Source: the human T2T-CHM13v2.0 reference genome, Homo sapiens
Assembly: GCF_009914755.1 (NCBI RefSeq)
Contig: NC_060928.1
DNA: 64,000 bases
Strand: one strand, 5' to 3'
Below, piece after piece: positions 30,260 through 45,119 of the stretch. Position numbers and translations under genes: made by a program. The notes under the pieces are model-generated. The model worked only from the letters and a program-made list of their open reading frames with translations. It was not told the origin of the DNA and did not search any database. Numbering within the stretch: position 1 is the stretch's first letter; every line of letters begins with the position of its first letter.

Positions 30260-30573
30260 ATTTATTTAATCTTCTTGTTTATTTTTTTTAGAGACGGGGT
30301 CTTGTTCTGTTGGCCAGGCTGGAGTGCATTGGTGTGATTGTAGCTCACTATAACCTTGAATTCCTGGGTTCAAGCTATCCTCCTAAGTTCAGCCATACTA
30401 GGAGCTGGGACTAAAAGCCCATGCTACCATGCCTGGCTAATTTTTAAATTTATTGCAGAGATGGAGTCTTGCTGTGTTGTCCAAGCTGATCTCAAACTTT
30501 TGGCCTTAAGTGATCCTTCCACTCAGTCTCCCAAAGTGCTGAGATAAATGGTATAAACCACCATGTCCGGGCC
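30260..30573 (-). mobile_element. AluJ
   Basis: Diverged dimeric Alu reverse complement. Confidence 0.9.
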
Positions 30574-30739
30574 ATGTAACTATTTATATTAATTATATTT
30601 ATAGGGAATAAATTCCATCATAACTACCAGGATAGCATTCTTCTTATCATTTATAATAAATATATAGAAATGGATAAGACCACATTCGTGGTTCTTAAAA
30701 TCCCAGTCAGAAATCTATTTAAATAGGCAGACAGATGAG

Positions 30740-31134
30740 TTTCAAATCAAGTTTAGCCTAAAGCTGTCTCCTTCCAAATTTTAAGTTTGGCCTGAAGGTT
30801 TTCTGTACAACGTGAACTATAGCAAGTGGAGGTGTAGACAGACTGTAGCCTAAACTTGTGCCAATCTCCAGGTTTTGGCCAATAAAATGTAGCCAATATT
30901 TCGAATTGTGTTCAAATAAGGCAAGCTCCAAACTATAACCAATCCAGCTGTTTCTGTACCTCACTTTCATTTTCTGTATGTCACTTTCCTTTTTCTATCC
31001 ATAAATCTTCTTCCACCATGTGGCCGTGCTGCAATTTCAGAGTTTACTCTGGCTCCGGAGGCTGCCCAATTCGCGAATCGTTCATTGTTCAATTTAACTT
31101 TAAATTTAATTTGGCCAAATTTTTTCTTTTATCA
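30740..31134 (+). mobile_element. MER57-family (ERV1) solo LTR
   Basis: aagtttagcctaaagctg...aaccaatccagctgtttctgtacctcactt...ttcgcgaatcgttc...ttttcttttatca. Several CCAAT boxes. 4-bp TSD tgag at 30736-39 and 31135-38. Confidence 0.85.
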
Positions 31135-31606
31135 TGAGTAATGCACTCATATATAGATTTTGGCTATACATATATCAATTTTGAGAATTTCACATGCATT
31201 TTACAAAAGTACATATAACCAGTTTATGCAGAGAGTTAACGTACTATAATTAGAAATAGATTGTTTTTTCTTTCTTTATTATTACCTGGCTTGGTGATAA
31301 GAAAATAATTTGCTTGAAATGTCTTCATCTCAGCTCCTCCAGCTCTAGATAAGGAAAATAATATAACAAAGGGCCCCTTGGAAGAGAAAATGAACCGGAC
31401 TCAGCTTGGCACAATTCCTCCCAGCCTAGGCTGGTGATGGGCAACCTGGGATGGTATTAGGCAAGATTGAATGAAGTACGTACTTCTTTTTATAATGCCA
31501 AAAATTGTCATGGAGCCCTCTAGAATAAACATCTTTCCATGTAAGTGGAAGGAGCTGGCTTTATAGTGACCCATCTTCAGATCCTTACCTACATGGTAGT
31601 TGCAAT

Positions 31607-31927
<321 letters not shown>

Positions 31928-31979
31928 AATTTATTTTTTTGATACACATTTACTCTACGTTATATTTCAGGGCTTGTTA

Positions 31980-32414
<435 letters not shown>

Positions 32415-33773
32415 CTACAATAGAAGAATTATTCCTGATCTCATGTGAGTTAGCCCATTAGCCCCCTGGAAGCCTCACAGAGTAACTGGAGAAAAATTTG
32501 AGGAGGTCTAATTTTAAGTGACCAAGTTGAAGCAGAAGCCATTCTAATGTGAATTTTAATAATTGCTCGTATATAATACAGGACTGAATTAGAGAAATAG
32601 AAATGCATTTTTTGTGAAAATTAAAAACATCATATGTATAAATATAAGGCAATTATCATATTTGTATAATCATAAGAAAGTTAAGTGCCTAACATAAATA
32701 AGGACACACCACTAATTTTTGGTGGATTCAGAATCAAACATACCATTTTCATGAATCACAATTAAGGGAAGCAATATGTGTCAGAAGGACAGAATTCTAG
32801 ATCCAGTGCTAATAGACTTGGTGACGTTATTTCAATACTGTGACTCTTACTTGTCTATGGTCACACAAGTAGAAAGTGTCAAAGCTATGTTCAAACTGAA
32901 GTAATGGGAACAAAAAAGCAGCTGCAATACCAAAAAAAAGTAAGATAGTAGACTTAAACACCAATATTAAAAGTCATTATATAAACTCAAATAAAAGGCA
33001 AATATTTTCAGTGCTAATTTAACATGTACAACTATTTGTAAGTTGCATGTAAGAGACACAACTTAAATATAATGACAGAGAAAAATGTGTTAACAGCATG
33101 AAAATACATATCAAACAAAACTTGTAAAAAGTGACTTGATTCAGCTAAACTATATCAAGGTAGACTTTAAGGAAAGAAACAAAACCATTAAAGAAGAACA
33201 TTTTATAATGATAAAACAGTCAATACACAAAAGAATATATAAATAAAATTTTATGCAACTAATACATAGCTTCAAAATATAAAGAAAACAAATTAACAAA
33301 ATTAAAAACAAATTAACAAAATTAGAAAAACCTACAATCATAATGGAAAACACTAACATGTCTCCGTAACTACTAAAACATGCAAACAAAAAAATCAATA
33401 AGCGCACATGATATCAAAAACATGATTACCAAATTTTAGCTAATTGACTTCTATAAAACACTGTACCTAATAACCGCAAAATGCATATTCAAGTACACAT
33501 GGAAAATTTACCAAAATTACCATTTTGTGCTACATAAAGCAATTGTAACAAATTTCTAAGGATTAAAATCAGTAATAAAATGACAACTAAAAACATTCTT
33601 CAAAGTTTGAAAGCTAAGAAATATCTTTCTAAGATGGGTCAAAAAATCTTAATGGAAGTACAAAACTATTTGGAACCAAGTAATAATTTTAAAACAGTGT
33701 ATTTCCTGGATCAAATAAGTGATATAGGGAAAGCTATGCTTTGATGAAAATTTATAGCCTTAAAATGCACATA

Positions 33774-34127
33774 TAGTCATCCCCAGTTATCTGTGAAAGA
33801 CTGGTTCCAGGAACTCCTGAAAATACCAAAATCCATGGATGGATGGTCAGGTCCCTGATGTAAAATGGTTTAGTATTTGCATATAACCTATGCACATCCT
33901 CCCATGCACTTTAAATCATCTCTAGATTAATTATAGTTCCTAATACAATGTAAATGCTATGGAAATAGTTGTTATACCATATTTTTCAGGGAGTAATGGC
34001 AAGAAAAAAGGAGTCTGTACATGTTCAGTATAGACACAATTTTTTTCTATTTTGGCTCCAACATTGGTTGAATCCATGAATGTGGAGTCCACATAAATGG
34101 AACCCATGGATATGGAAAAAAAACTGT
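33774..34127. mobile_element. MER2 (Tigger) DNA transposon
   Basis: gtatttgcatataacctatgcacatcctcc...actttaaatcatctctagatta...ctaatacaatgtaaatgctat core. Confidence 0.85.
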
Positions 34128-34264
34128 TTTAGAAAATAAGTGGATATTCAACGATCTAAGTACATTTATCAAGAAATTTGAAAATAAGCAAGTTTAACCC
34201 AAAGCAAATGGCAGAGAGAAAATAATAAAAGAACAAAATAACTAAATTAAAAACAAATGTACAA

Positions 34265-35534
34265 GGGCCAAGATAATTGAACTGAACTGTCTTCCAAGTT
34301 AGTGGCAGATGTTGCTAGGATAACTGTATTCATGAAAAAGAATAAATTTGGATCTCTACTTCACACCATGCACAACAATTAATTCAAAGTGTATCACAGA
34401 CCTAAATGTGAGAGCTGACACTACAAAACTCTTATAGGAAAACACAGGAGTAAATCTTTGTGATCTTTGGTTAGGTTATTATTTCTTAGATACAACACTA
34501 ACAGCACCGGTGATAAAAGAAAAGACTGGTAAGTTGGATTTCATCAAAGTGAAAAACTTTTATGCTTTAAAGGACACCATTAACAAAGTGAAAAGACAAC
34601 CCATAAACTAAAAGAAAATATTTGTAAATCTTATATCTAATAGGGGACTTGTATGCAGAATACAAAAATAACTCTGACAACATAATAATAGAAAGTTGAA
34701 TAGACATTTCTTGAAAGAAGATATATGGATAGCTAATAAACACAGGAAAAGATCACCATCATTATTTAGCAGAGAAATCAAAATCAAAATCTTGATAAAA
34801 CATCACTTCATACCAATTAGCATGGCTATAAAAAAGACAGACAATAACAAGTGTTGGAAAAAAAGAATAGAAATGGAAATTCTCGTACATTCCTCGTGGA
34901 AATTTAAAATAGTACATCCACTGTGGAAAACATTTTTCAGTACCTTAAATTGTTAAACACTGAGTTACCATAAGACCAATCAATTACACTCCTAAGCATC
35001 TAACCAAGAATATAAAAATATAGGTTCACATAAAAGCTTGCATTTTGAATGATCATAGCAGGATTATTCAGAATCGCCAAGAAGTGAAAACAACCCAAAT
35101 CAACTGCTGGACAAATAATAAAATAGGTTGTATTCATACAACGAAATATTATTAACAACAAAATGAAGTTTTGACACATGCTACAACATGGATGAACCTC
35201 AAAAACATGCTAAATAAAAGATGTCAGTCACAAAAGACTACATATTGCATGATTCAATTTATATGAGATGGCTAGATTAGACACATCTACAGAGACAAAG
35301 TGGATCATAGTTGCCTAGTTGGAGGAGGCAAATACTGGTTGGGAATGGAGGAAGGGCTGGTGAGTAACTGCTAATGCATACAAGTTTCTTTTGGGATGCT
35401 GAAAATGTTCCAGATTTAGATTATACCGATGATTGCAGAACTCTGTAAATATATTAAAACCACTGAAATGTGTGCTTTAAATGAATCAACTTAATGATAT
35501 GTAAAATATATCTCACTTGAGCTGTAAAGAAAAA
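34265..35534 (+). mobile_element. L1MB-type 3' end
   Basis: ORF2 C-terminal remnant (ORF 34696-34956) plus 3'UTR. Candidate TSD aaatgtacaa at 34255-34264 and 35535-35544. Confidence 0.8.
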
Positions 35535-36009
35535 AAATGTACAATAGAGAAAATTGAAAAAGCCTAAAGTCTGTTCTTTGGAAAACATGGATCATACCTA
35601 GCAAGAAATATCACAAAAAAAGAGACTAAGCAAAATATCAATATTTGAACATAAAAGATGACATCACTGTAGATTTTATAGACATTAAGTGAACAATAGG
35701 ACCCACTTTATGCTAATAAATTTGACAATCTAATTATCATTTGGATGAAACAGAGATGGCTCTGGAAAAACATGACATCACAATTGATACAGAAGTGAAA
35801 TAAATTATGCCTTTTACATTTCTGAAATTCGTTGAAATCTTTATTCACTGTAATGGTTTTATTCCTTTTTGTATTTTTATACAATCCTTTTTTTGGAGGT
35901 CCCCAGGAAGGGAATGGGGCGTGTTCAATCTACCACTCTGAAAGGAAAGCAGACATTTGTGTCGAAAGGAAGTAGAAAAAGGCAGATGATTTGAATGAAA
36001 CACTTTTAC

Positions 36010-36150
36010 TTATTTATTTTTATAAATTCAACTTTTATTTGATTTGGGGGTCCATGTGCAAATTTGTTTCATGGGTATATTGTGTGATGCTGAAGTTTGG
36101 GGTACAACTGATCCCAGCACTCAGGTAGTGAGCATAGTACCCAATAGTTT
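36010..36150 (-). mobile_element. L1PA16/L1PB-type 3' end
   Basis: caacttttattt...catgggtatattgtgtgatgctgaagtttgggg...gtagtgagcatagtacccaatag. Confidence 0.8.
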
Positions 36151-36204
36151 AACCTGATTTGAAGAAAACGTCACTTTGTCCCTTGAAAACGAGAAGGTAG
36201 AATA

Positions 36205-36585
36205 AAAGTATGATCTCACTTACATATGGAATCTAAAAAGCAGAGTAGAATGGTGGTTCCCAGGGGCTGGAAGGTGGCGGAAAAGGAGAGATGCTCGTCA
36301 AAATACACAAAGATTCAGTAATCTAATGTAAGCATGGTGACTCTAGTTAATAATGTTGCAATGTATACTTGAAATTTGCTAAGAATTGACCTTAAGTGTT
36401 CTCACCCCTGACCCCCAACACAGAGATACATACTCATAACTATGTTAAGTAATGAATATGTTAATTAATTAATGATTTTGGTAATCATTTTACAATGTAT
36501 GTGTATATAAAGACATCACGATATACAACTTAAATGGGCATATACAATTTTTACTTGGCAAATATGCATCAATAAATCTGGAAGA
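36205..36585 (+). mobile_element. L1MA-type 3'UTR
   Basis: atctcacttacatatggaatctaaaa...gtatacttgaaatttgctaaga...aataaa. Confidence 0.8.
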
Positions 36586-36737
36586 AAGCATTTTTATGAG
36601 CAATTTTTTAAAAAAATCTCTGTACTGCATTTACCTTTGTATAGCAAACTCAACATATTATAGTAATTCAAAGATTAGCACACACTGTATTAAGATTAGG
36701 TAAAAGAATGTAATTCTTTCACTAATAAAATTAATAC

Positions 36738-37094
36738 ATGGGGACCAGGGAGGAGGCAGGGATGAAGAGGTGGAGCAGAGGATTTTTGGGGCAGTGAAAC
36801 TGCTCTTTATGCTACTATCATGGTGGAAACATGCGATTATAAATTTGTCCAAACCCACAGAATGTACAAAACTAAGAGTGAACTCCAATATAAACAATAG
36901 ACTTTGAGTGATTATGACATGCGAATGTAGGCTCATCAACTATAACAAATGGACCACTTTGGGGATGTTAACAGTTGGGGAGACTATGCTTGTGTAGGGG
37001 CTGGGGTATATGAAAAATCTCTATACCTTTTGCTCAGTATTGCTAAGAACATAAAATTGCTATATAAAATAGAGTCTATTTTTTTTAAAAAAAG
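36738..37094 (+). mobile_element. L1MC-type 3'UTR
   Basis: gcagtgaaactgctct...tttgtccaaacccacagaatgtaca motif. Candidate TSD aattaatac on both sides. Confidence 0.8.
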
Positions 37095-38149
37095 AATTAA
37101 TACGAGCCAGTAGCAGTGGAGCCTAAATATAAGAAATTACAGAAAATATAGTTAATGATATGTTTCCAGGCTTTCATAATACAGTTATGCATATAGTTGC
37201 ATTAATTTTTGAATTTATTCTCACATAGTCAGAGGCAGTAATAACATCAGCAATTTTATGCCCATTGGATAGTTCTAGTTTGTCTAATTTCCATAGGTGA
37301 AATTATTCAACCCATGAAAACAAGATAACCAGTTCTTGTTTGCAGTCTCATTGCAATATGTGTAATAAAGTTTGGTTGGTATGACAATGTGTCTGTGGAA
37401 GCTGACAATTCGGTAACTGCAGTGTGAAAAGCTATTTCATTTTTTATCTTTAAAGAATAACTGGATTGTTAAATTTTATTCCTGTAGGCTGCATCAAACA
37501 CACAGAAACCAGGTGTCTAAGTTCTCATATCAGCATTTGAGTTGCTGGTTTCTTAATGTGGAATCACAAAGCTGTACTTATGGATTATTTCACCTAATAA
37601 TTACAGTTGACAATTACTATGGTGATATAAAAATAATTTAACGGGCCATCAACTAAGAGGTGGCTTTTGGCTTTTAACCTAAGGAATTGGCTTCAAATGT
37701 TGAATACTTTCCTGAATGACATTATGCTAAAAAGTTAAAACAAATTAAGCCTAAAAAAGAGAATCTATTAAACAACCTTACCTCTTCCTCCAGAAATGTA
37801 GTGGATAATTATTTGTACCCATGAGGATAATCAGCCAGCCATATCATGTATATGTGGTATCTACCTATCTATCCAATCTTAATGTGTCACCTTGGGCGAG
37901 ATGTTTAACCAAAATTCTAGATTCCCATCTGTGAAATGGGGAATACAGTATCTACATTAGAGGCCTATTTTGAGAATCATGTATCTCTAAGATATATATG
38001 TATATATAAATATTAGAGAATATTACATATATATGTAAAATAAGTGTTTAGTAATGGTTAGTTAAATATGAATTTAAATTAAGCTTATTTTTTAATGAAG
38101 TCAATATTTGTATCTTTACCTGAGCATATTTTTTTGCAGTATTGAAGAG

Positions 38150-38340
38150 TGTCTTAGAGCATGGATCCTAAAATTTGATTTACTTACAGGGTAAACTTTG
38201 ACAAATTACTTGCCGTTTTCCTCTACAAAATGAGGAGTTTGTACACTTCTTATAATGCTGTGGTGGGGATTAAATGAGTTGTTAACGTGTCAGGTGCTCA
38301 TGGCACGTAGTATGTATTCAATAAATGTTAGCAATATTTG
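38150..38340 (+). mobile_element. MIR
   Basis: ggggattaaatgag...tggcacgtagtatgtattcaataaatgttagc 3' end. Confidence 0.7.
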
Positions 38341-38499
38341 CTTTTATCATGTTATTTTTCTACCCTGTGTTTTGTAAAGTGAGTGAATACAAATACACTT
38401 ACATGTCTTTGTTTCATTCCCAAAGAATTTGTTTGACACATGCTCCTCTTCACTGTTTACTGGGAATACCCATTGTTTTCTGTTTTTTATCCCCTCTCT

Positions 38500-40140
38500 C
38501 TTAACTTTTATTTCAGGTTCAGGGGATGCATGTGCGGTGTGTTACATGGGTAAATTGTGTGTCGTTGATGCGTGGTGTAAGAATGATCCCCTCACCCAGT
38601 TAGTGAGTACAGGGTTAGCAATAGGTAGTTTTTCAACCTATGTCCCCCTGCCCTCCTCCCTCTTCAAGTAGTCCCCGGTGTTTATTGCTTCCCCTCTTTG
38701 TGTCCACGTGTATTCAGTGTTTAGCTGCTGCTTATATGTGTGAATATGCAGTATTTGGTTTTCTGTTCCTGTGTTAATTCACTAAGGATAATGGCCTCCA
38801 GTTGCATCCATGTTGCTGCAAAGGACATGATTTTATTCTTTTCTTGGCTGCATAGTATTTCATGGTGGAAATGTGCCATATTTTCGTTATTCAATACACC
38901 ATTGATGGGTATCTAGGTTGATTCCCTGTCTTTGATATTGTGAATAGTGCTGCAATGAACATGCGAGTGCATGTGTTTTTTGGTAGTACACTTTATTTTT
39001 CTTTGGATATATACCTAGTAATGAGATTGCTGGGTTGAATGGCAGGTTTGTTTTAAGTCCTTTGAGGAATCTCCACACTGCTTACCACAGTGGCTAAACT
39101 AATGTAAGTTTCCACCAGCAGTGTATCTGTGCTCGCTTTTCTCTGCAACCTTGCCAACACCTGTTTTTTTTTTAATTATTATTTTTTAAGTTCCAGGGTA
39201 CATGTGCAGGATGCGCAGGTTTGTTACATAGGTAAGCATGTGCCATGGTGGTTTGCTACATCTATCAACCCATCACTTAGGTATTAAGCCCAGCATGCTT
39301 TAGCTCCTTTCCCTAATTCTCTCCCCCTGCCACTTGCCCCCGACAGGACCCAGTGTGTGTTGTTCTTCTCCTTGTGTCCATGTGTTCTCATTGTTCAGCC
39401 CCTACTTATAAGTGAGAATATCTATTTTTTTTTTAACTTTTTAATAGTGGCCATTCTGGAGTGGTGTGAGATGGTATGTCATTGTGGTTTTGATTGGCAT
39501 TTCTTTAATGATAAGTGACGATGAGTATTTTTCCATATGTTTGTTGGATGCCTGTATGTCTTCTTTTAAGAATTGTTCGTTCATGCCCCTTGCTCATTTT
39601 TTTTCAATTTGTTTTCTTTTTTAAAAAACTTTTAACTTCAGGGGTACAAGTACAGTTTTGTTACATAGCTACACTTGTATCATGAGGGTTTGTTGTACAT
39701 ATTATTTCATCACCCAAGTATTAAGCCTAGTACCCATCATTTTTCCTGATCCTCTCCCTACCCCAACCTTCCACTCTCTGAAAGGTCCCAGCATGTGTTC
39801 CCCGCTATACGTCCCTGTGTTCTCATCATTCAGCTCCCACTTACAAGTGAGAGCATGAGGTACGTGGTTTTCTGTTCCTGTGTTAGTTTTTGCCCATGTT
39901 TTAATGGTGTTCTTTGTTTTCTGTTTGTGAATTAAGTTTTTTATAGATTCTGGATATTAGACTTTTGTTGGATGCATAGCTTGTAAATGTTTTCTCCCAT
40001 CCCATATGTTGTCTGTTTATTCTGTTGATAGTTTCTTTTGCTGTGCAGAGTTCTTTAATTTAATTTGCTCCCACTGAACAATTTTTGTTTTTGTTGCAAC
40101 TGCTTTTTGGGACTTAGTTATAAATTATTTGCCAAGGCCG
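38500..40140 (-). mobile_element. L1PA16-like element carrying two nested, same-orientation L1 3' ends (~39165-39420 and ~39600-39890)
   Basis: Host sequence resumes after each insert. Degenerate TSDs aacacctgttttt/aatatctattttt and ttgctcattt/ttgcccatgt. Confidence 0.85.
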
Positions 40141-41095
40141 ATGTGACTACGTTAATGAGGATAAGGATTGTGTCTTTAAAAAAAACCAAACTGCATATTT
40201 GTTGCATAGTATAGTGTTTGGCACATAAATGATTCAATATAGAGTAGCCAGGTAAATTAATGAAGATATTTTCCAACTGGGTGATTACTGTGATTGAAAT
40301 ATTTCTGAATGAGAATATAGCCAATCATTCATTTTCTCTGTGATTCATTTATTCCTATTTTGTTCCATGATAACAGACAGCTATGGAGCCCAAACCTGCA
40401 ACTTAGCAATGTACAATGCCGAATACTAAACAATTCATTAATTAGACAGTGCAATCTGTAATGGACCTGGTGGTTGATAATGGACTTAAGAAGCTTGTGT
40501 GTTGCAGATGGAGAATCAGCAGAGTAATTGTGCCAGGTTAAGAACCGTCATGCTATATCATGTAACTGTCTATCAACTATTTACATGAAGAAAATATTCT
40601 GTATGAAGCAGCATAAAGGACTGGGAAGATATAGGACTCTGGGTTCCTGTTCCACCACTTTTCTAATCTTTCTGGACCTTAATTTCTCTCTCTGTATAAG
40701 GAGAAGAGTTATTACCTACTTTCAGAGTTACTGAGCACTTTTAGAGTAAACATCCAAAATCTTTGGCTTGGAAAAAGCATTACAATATTATGATTGTATT
40801 ATTAATTATTGTGCCTTGATATATACATTTCTTTGAGAACTATAATTTATTTATTTCACTTGTCTTTTACATGGAAACAGCTCTGGAATATAGTCCTATT
40901 CTAACAGGTCCCATTTATTTCCAGTTACAATTTTTATTCTGAGGCAAAACCAAGCTGACTCAACAAAGACAAGGCTAATCTGTCCTGCCTGCTCCATTTT
41001 TACAAAACATAAAAACATTCTCACAAAACCAAAGACAAAGAAGAAACCTTTGGCATCTTTGTTATCTGTGAATGGGGAGAGACAATGCACCTCAG

Positions 41096-41097
<2 letters not shown>

Positions 41098-41139
<42 letters not shown>
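41098..41139. repeat. (AC)21 microsatellite
   Basis: Direct reading. Confidence 0.97.
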
Positions 41140-41141
<2 letters not shown>

Positions 41142-42951
41142 AAGGCCTCTCCTATTTGAGTACCCACCCACTGATCCTCTGAAAATGAAATTAAGATCTT
41201 AAAAAACTAAAGTGTTCTAAACACTATACACACATAGCAGAATTAAACAACCCATAAGAATTAAACATCTTTCGGAGGAACTCACAACTTCATTTATATC
41301 TAAGTTAAGCACACAGACATGACACATTTTGATAAAGAGCAGCTGTGAACATGATCTCATGACTTTACTCCGTAGAGGAAACGATTTATTCATGTAAGGA
41401 GCATTTTTAGATCAATTATTACTATTGTGAATAACCATGTTTTGACATTGTTCAGTAACTATACAATTAAAGTTAATACGATACTTTAAGCTGCACAGCT
41501 AATGTAATTTTTTCCTCATGGTGTGAAGTTTAAAGCATCAGTCTCCCCTTCGCATTCTTCAATTCAATCTGTTTCCATAACAACCATTGGGACATATTTT
41601 TAATGATTTTACTTTCTTACAAAAATCAAAGTTCTTTAAAAGCATCACGTCTTTTGCTTAATTTCTCTCATTTGTTTGTGATGGTTATTCTAATAAAAAT
41701 TTAGATTTCATTCACCATTACCTTTGGCAGTACTTAGTAAAGGCTTTGTAATAGCAATTGGAAACAATAACTGATACATGATTGAATAAGAAAGAATTAA
41801 AAGGAGGGAGAAAAATGAGGAACCGCAACTGAAAACTCTATCTGCTCTGACTTGATTTATTTTCAGAATGCATTAAGGCCACTGTATAATAAACTGGCCC
41901 ACTTGCTCAGAGACTAAAAGAAATAAGGGTGAGTCTGTTAGAAATAATGCAATAGGTTTACTGAGAAATTTAATATACTCAACCTCCTCTTTCTGTTTAC
42001 CATTTATTTGGGTTCCAACAGAGGCTATGTTTGCGGGGCAATTCTGGTCCATTTGCTGTAGGTGGATGTATGATTTCCTTTAACCTTGTAATAGACTAAA
42101 AGTAGAAGATGGGAATAACTCGGAAGAGAGTGAGGAGGATGTCACTGGTAAATATTAACTGGTAAATTTGGTTTCTTTGTAAGGACAAATTTACATTTCA
42201 TTGTCATATGCATTGGGGAAACTATCTGCAATATTCTAGATTCTTACTGAAGGCAGAATATTAGTATAACAGAAGTAATTTTGTAATCATTTTAGTTTCT
42301 GAAACTTTTACAATGTATTTTGATCACAGAAACCATCTCAGACTTGTTTGATCTTTAAGATTAGTTCTTCCATATTTTAAGGCATATGGCATTTCTAACA
42401 AGCAGAAAAGGTTTAATATACAAGATATTGTGCTTAATAGAGCTTTATAAGAAAAACACAATCTTACTTTTGCTCAGTTCATTTGCTCTGCTCAAGGAAT
42501 ATAATAAAAACTTAATAAAATTTGGGGAATGCATAAACAGCTTGAGCAGAGCACAATGGACTGAGTGAAAGCCAGATTGTTTTCTGTATGATATCCAGAG
42601 AATGGCAGTGTTTATGAAATAACAAAGAATGGGATTCTAGAAGAAAAAAAATCTCAAGTCCAGGGGCTGCTTTCATCCGTACTATTGAAATACCCAAGTG
42701 GGCTGGTTTAGCTTCAAACAAAGGATAATTGAATGGCCTATGAGTAACAAGAACTAGAACAAATAAGGTGATAATGATAAGATTCCTCAATTAAAACATA
42801 AAATTCATTTACATACTTCTAAAAGTCAAAAGAAAAGTATATAATTTTCATTCTTGATCTTTCGTTTTGTAAGTTTGAAACTTTAACTTTTAATACATCT
42901 ACTCTACTTTGAAAACAAAAGATTATGACAAAATTAAATGATTATTTTTAG

Positions 42952-43491
<540 letters not shown>

Positions 43492-44734
43492 TAGTCTTTC
43501 CACTAGTGTTGTGCAAACAACAGTATCAACTTCTTATAATGCGTGTTGTGTATAAATAACCTAAAAATTAGAAGACCTAAATTCTTATGATTTGGAGTGT
43601 AATGCCTAAACTCTTAACAGTCCTATTTTATTATCTGTTTGAATAATGAAATCTGCATTGTGTGCATCTGAGTAAAATGGGTTGTAGCTGTAATGAAATG
43701 ATGGACATAAAGGCTGCTTTGAAAAGTTGTATATGTCTGATTACAAATCATTTTTCATTTTAATTTCATGTATGAGTATTACATACTTCTCCTTGAGAGT
43801 TTCTTATCTAGTTTCTCCTCTTTAATTTTTTTCTAGAGCAACAAGCATCTCATCCTGGAATATAATACACAGGCAAGAAAGTGTGCTCTGAGCTGATGAA
43901 CATATGTTTGAAAGTGGCAAGTCACCTCTATCAAACACATAGAGTGACACTTTGTTCTTTTTTTCTTTGTAACTCCAGTCTATTTGGAGCCTCAAAAAAT
44001 CATAATTGATTATAGGAGTGTAATTTTCTCTAGAGTCATTGCTGATCATCTAAAATGACATTTTTTTAATCTTCTTGTTTTGACTTCCATGGATTTTTCA
44101 ACTCTAATCCTCATAAAATCTTTCACCTTCTTACTTCGGATTCTTATGATCTCCTTTGCTCTCATTTTAAATTTAATATTGAAACTCTTATTTGATTCAG
44201 TAAATTCCTTAAGGGTATAGTCGGTATAAGATGTTTTTGTTTTTAATGAGTAAAATTGTGTTACACTAAATTTAAAAGAGAGGTTTCTCCCCTGGCTGTC
44301 ATACAAGAGGAGGCCACTTCCCGCCCTTAGGTTACAATTGTGAGGATATGTGCTTAATAAGCATAATCTTCCAAACCCCTCAAGGTTATTATTCATTATG
44401 AAAGATTTTCAGCTCAATAAATATATTTCGAATTTAAAACACAGGTAGTATAAATTGCTCTACAGATTAAAAAAGGAAAAAATAACTACTCTTTTCAATC
44501 AGGTCAGTTATGGAGAATTCTATACATAAAACGGCGGTGAGACTGGCTATAAGTCAGTCAATGCAGAGCAGAAAATAATTCAGTAGATATGTATAATCTT
44601 GGATTATAAAGGAAAGATCCTATTTGTCTTTATGCCACAGTGCAATGAATTATTATCTCATTTATAATCTTTGTGTTTAGTCAAATATGTACAATCCAAA
44701 TAATGACTGTGTTCTTCCCCTTAACCTGAGAAAG

Positions 44735-44970
44735 ACGTGATAGAGTGGCCCTCTAGATTGAGACTGATTGGACTGTTGGAATCCCAGTTTCACAAGTTAT
44801 TACCTAAGTCACCTTGGACAGGTTTTTAAATTTCTCTATACCTCAGATTCTTTATTTATGAAATGGGGGTAATTATCACACTTGCCAAACTGGATTGTAG
44901 TAAGTATTAAAAATGAGAATATTTGTAAAACACTTAGAAAAGTTCTTGGAACATAATAATCAGCCACCAT
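44735..44970 (+). mobile_element. MIR
   Basis: caccttggacaggtttttaaatttctctatacctcag...gaaatgggggtaat...tgtaaaacacttagaaaagttcttggaacata. Confidence 0.8.
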
Positions 44971-45119
44971 CAATTATTATCATCATCTTTAGATGGGTAT
45001 AATTTGTACTGGAAAGCCTCAACTGATATGGGTGACAGCAAAATAGTAATAATAAAAGCATGGGTATATACAATGGAAATGTAGGATAAGCAGGCTACTT
45101 ACCAAAGAAGGAATGCATT

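Larger units (their letters stand above)
32940..35800 (+). mobile_element. Old L1M ORF2 (endonuclease-region) relic hosting nested MER2 and L1MB insertions
   Basis: A-rich degraded ORF2 motifs (aaggtagactttaagg, tcaagtacacatggaa, aaaatttatagcc, tgctaataaatttgacaatct). Confidence 0.65.
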
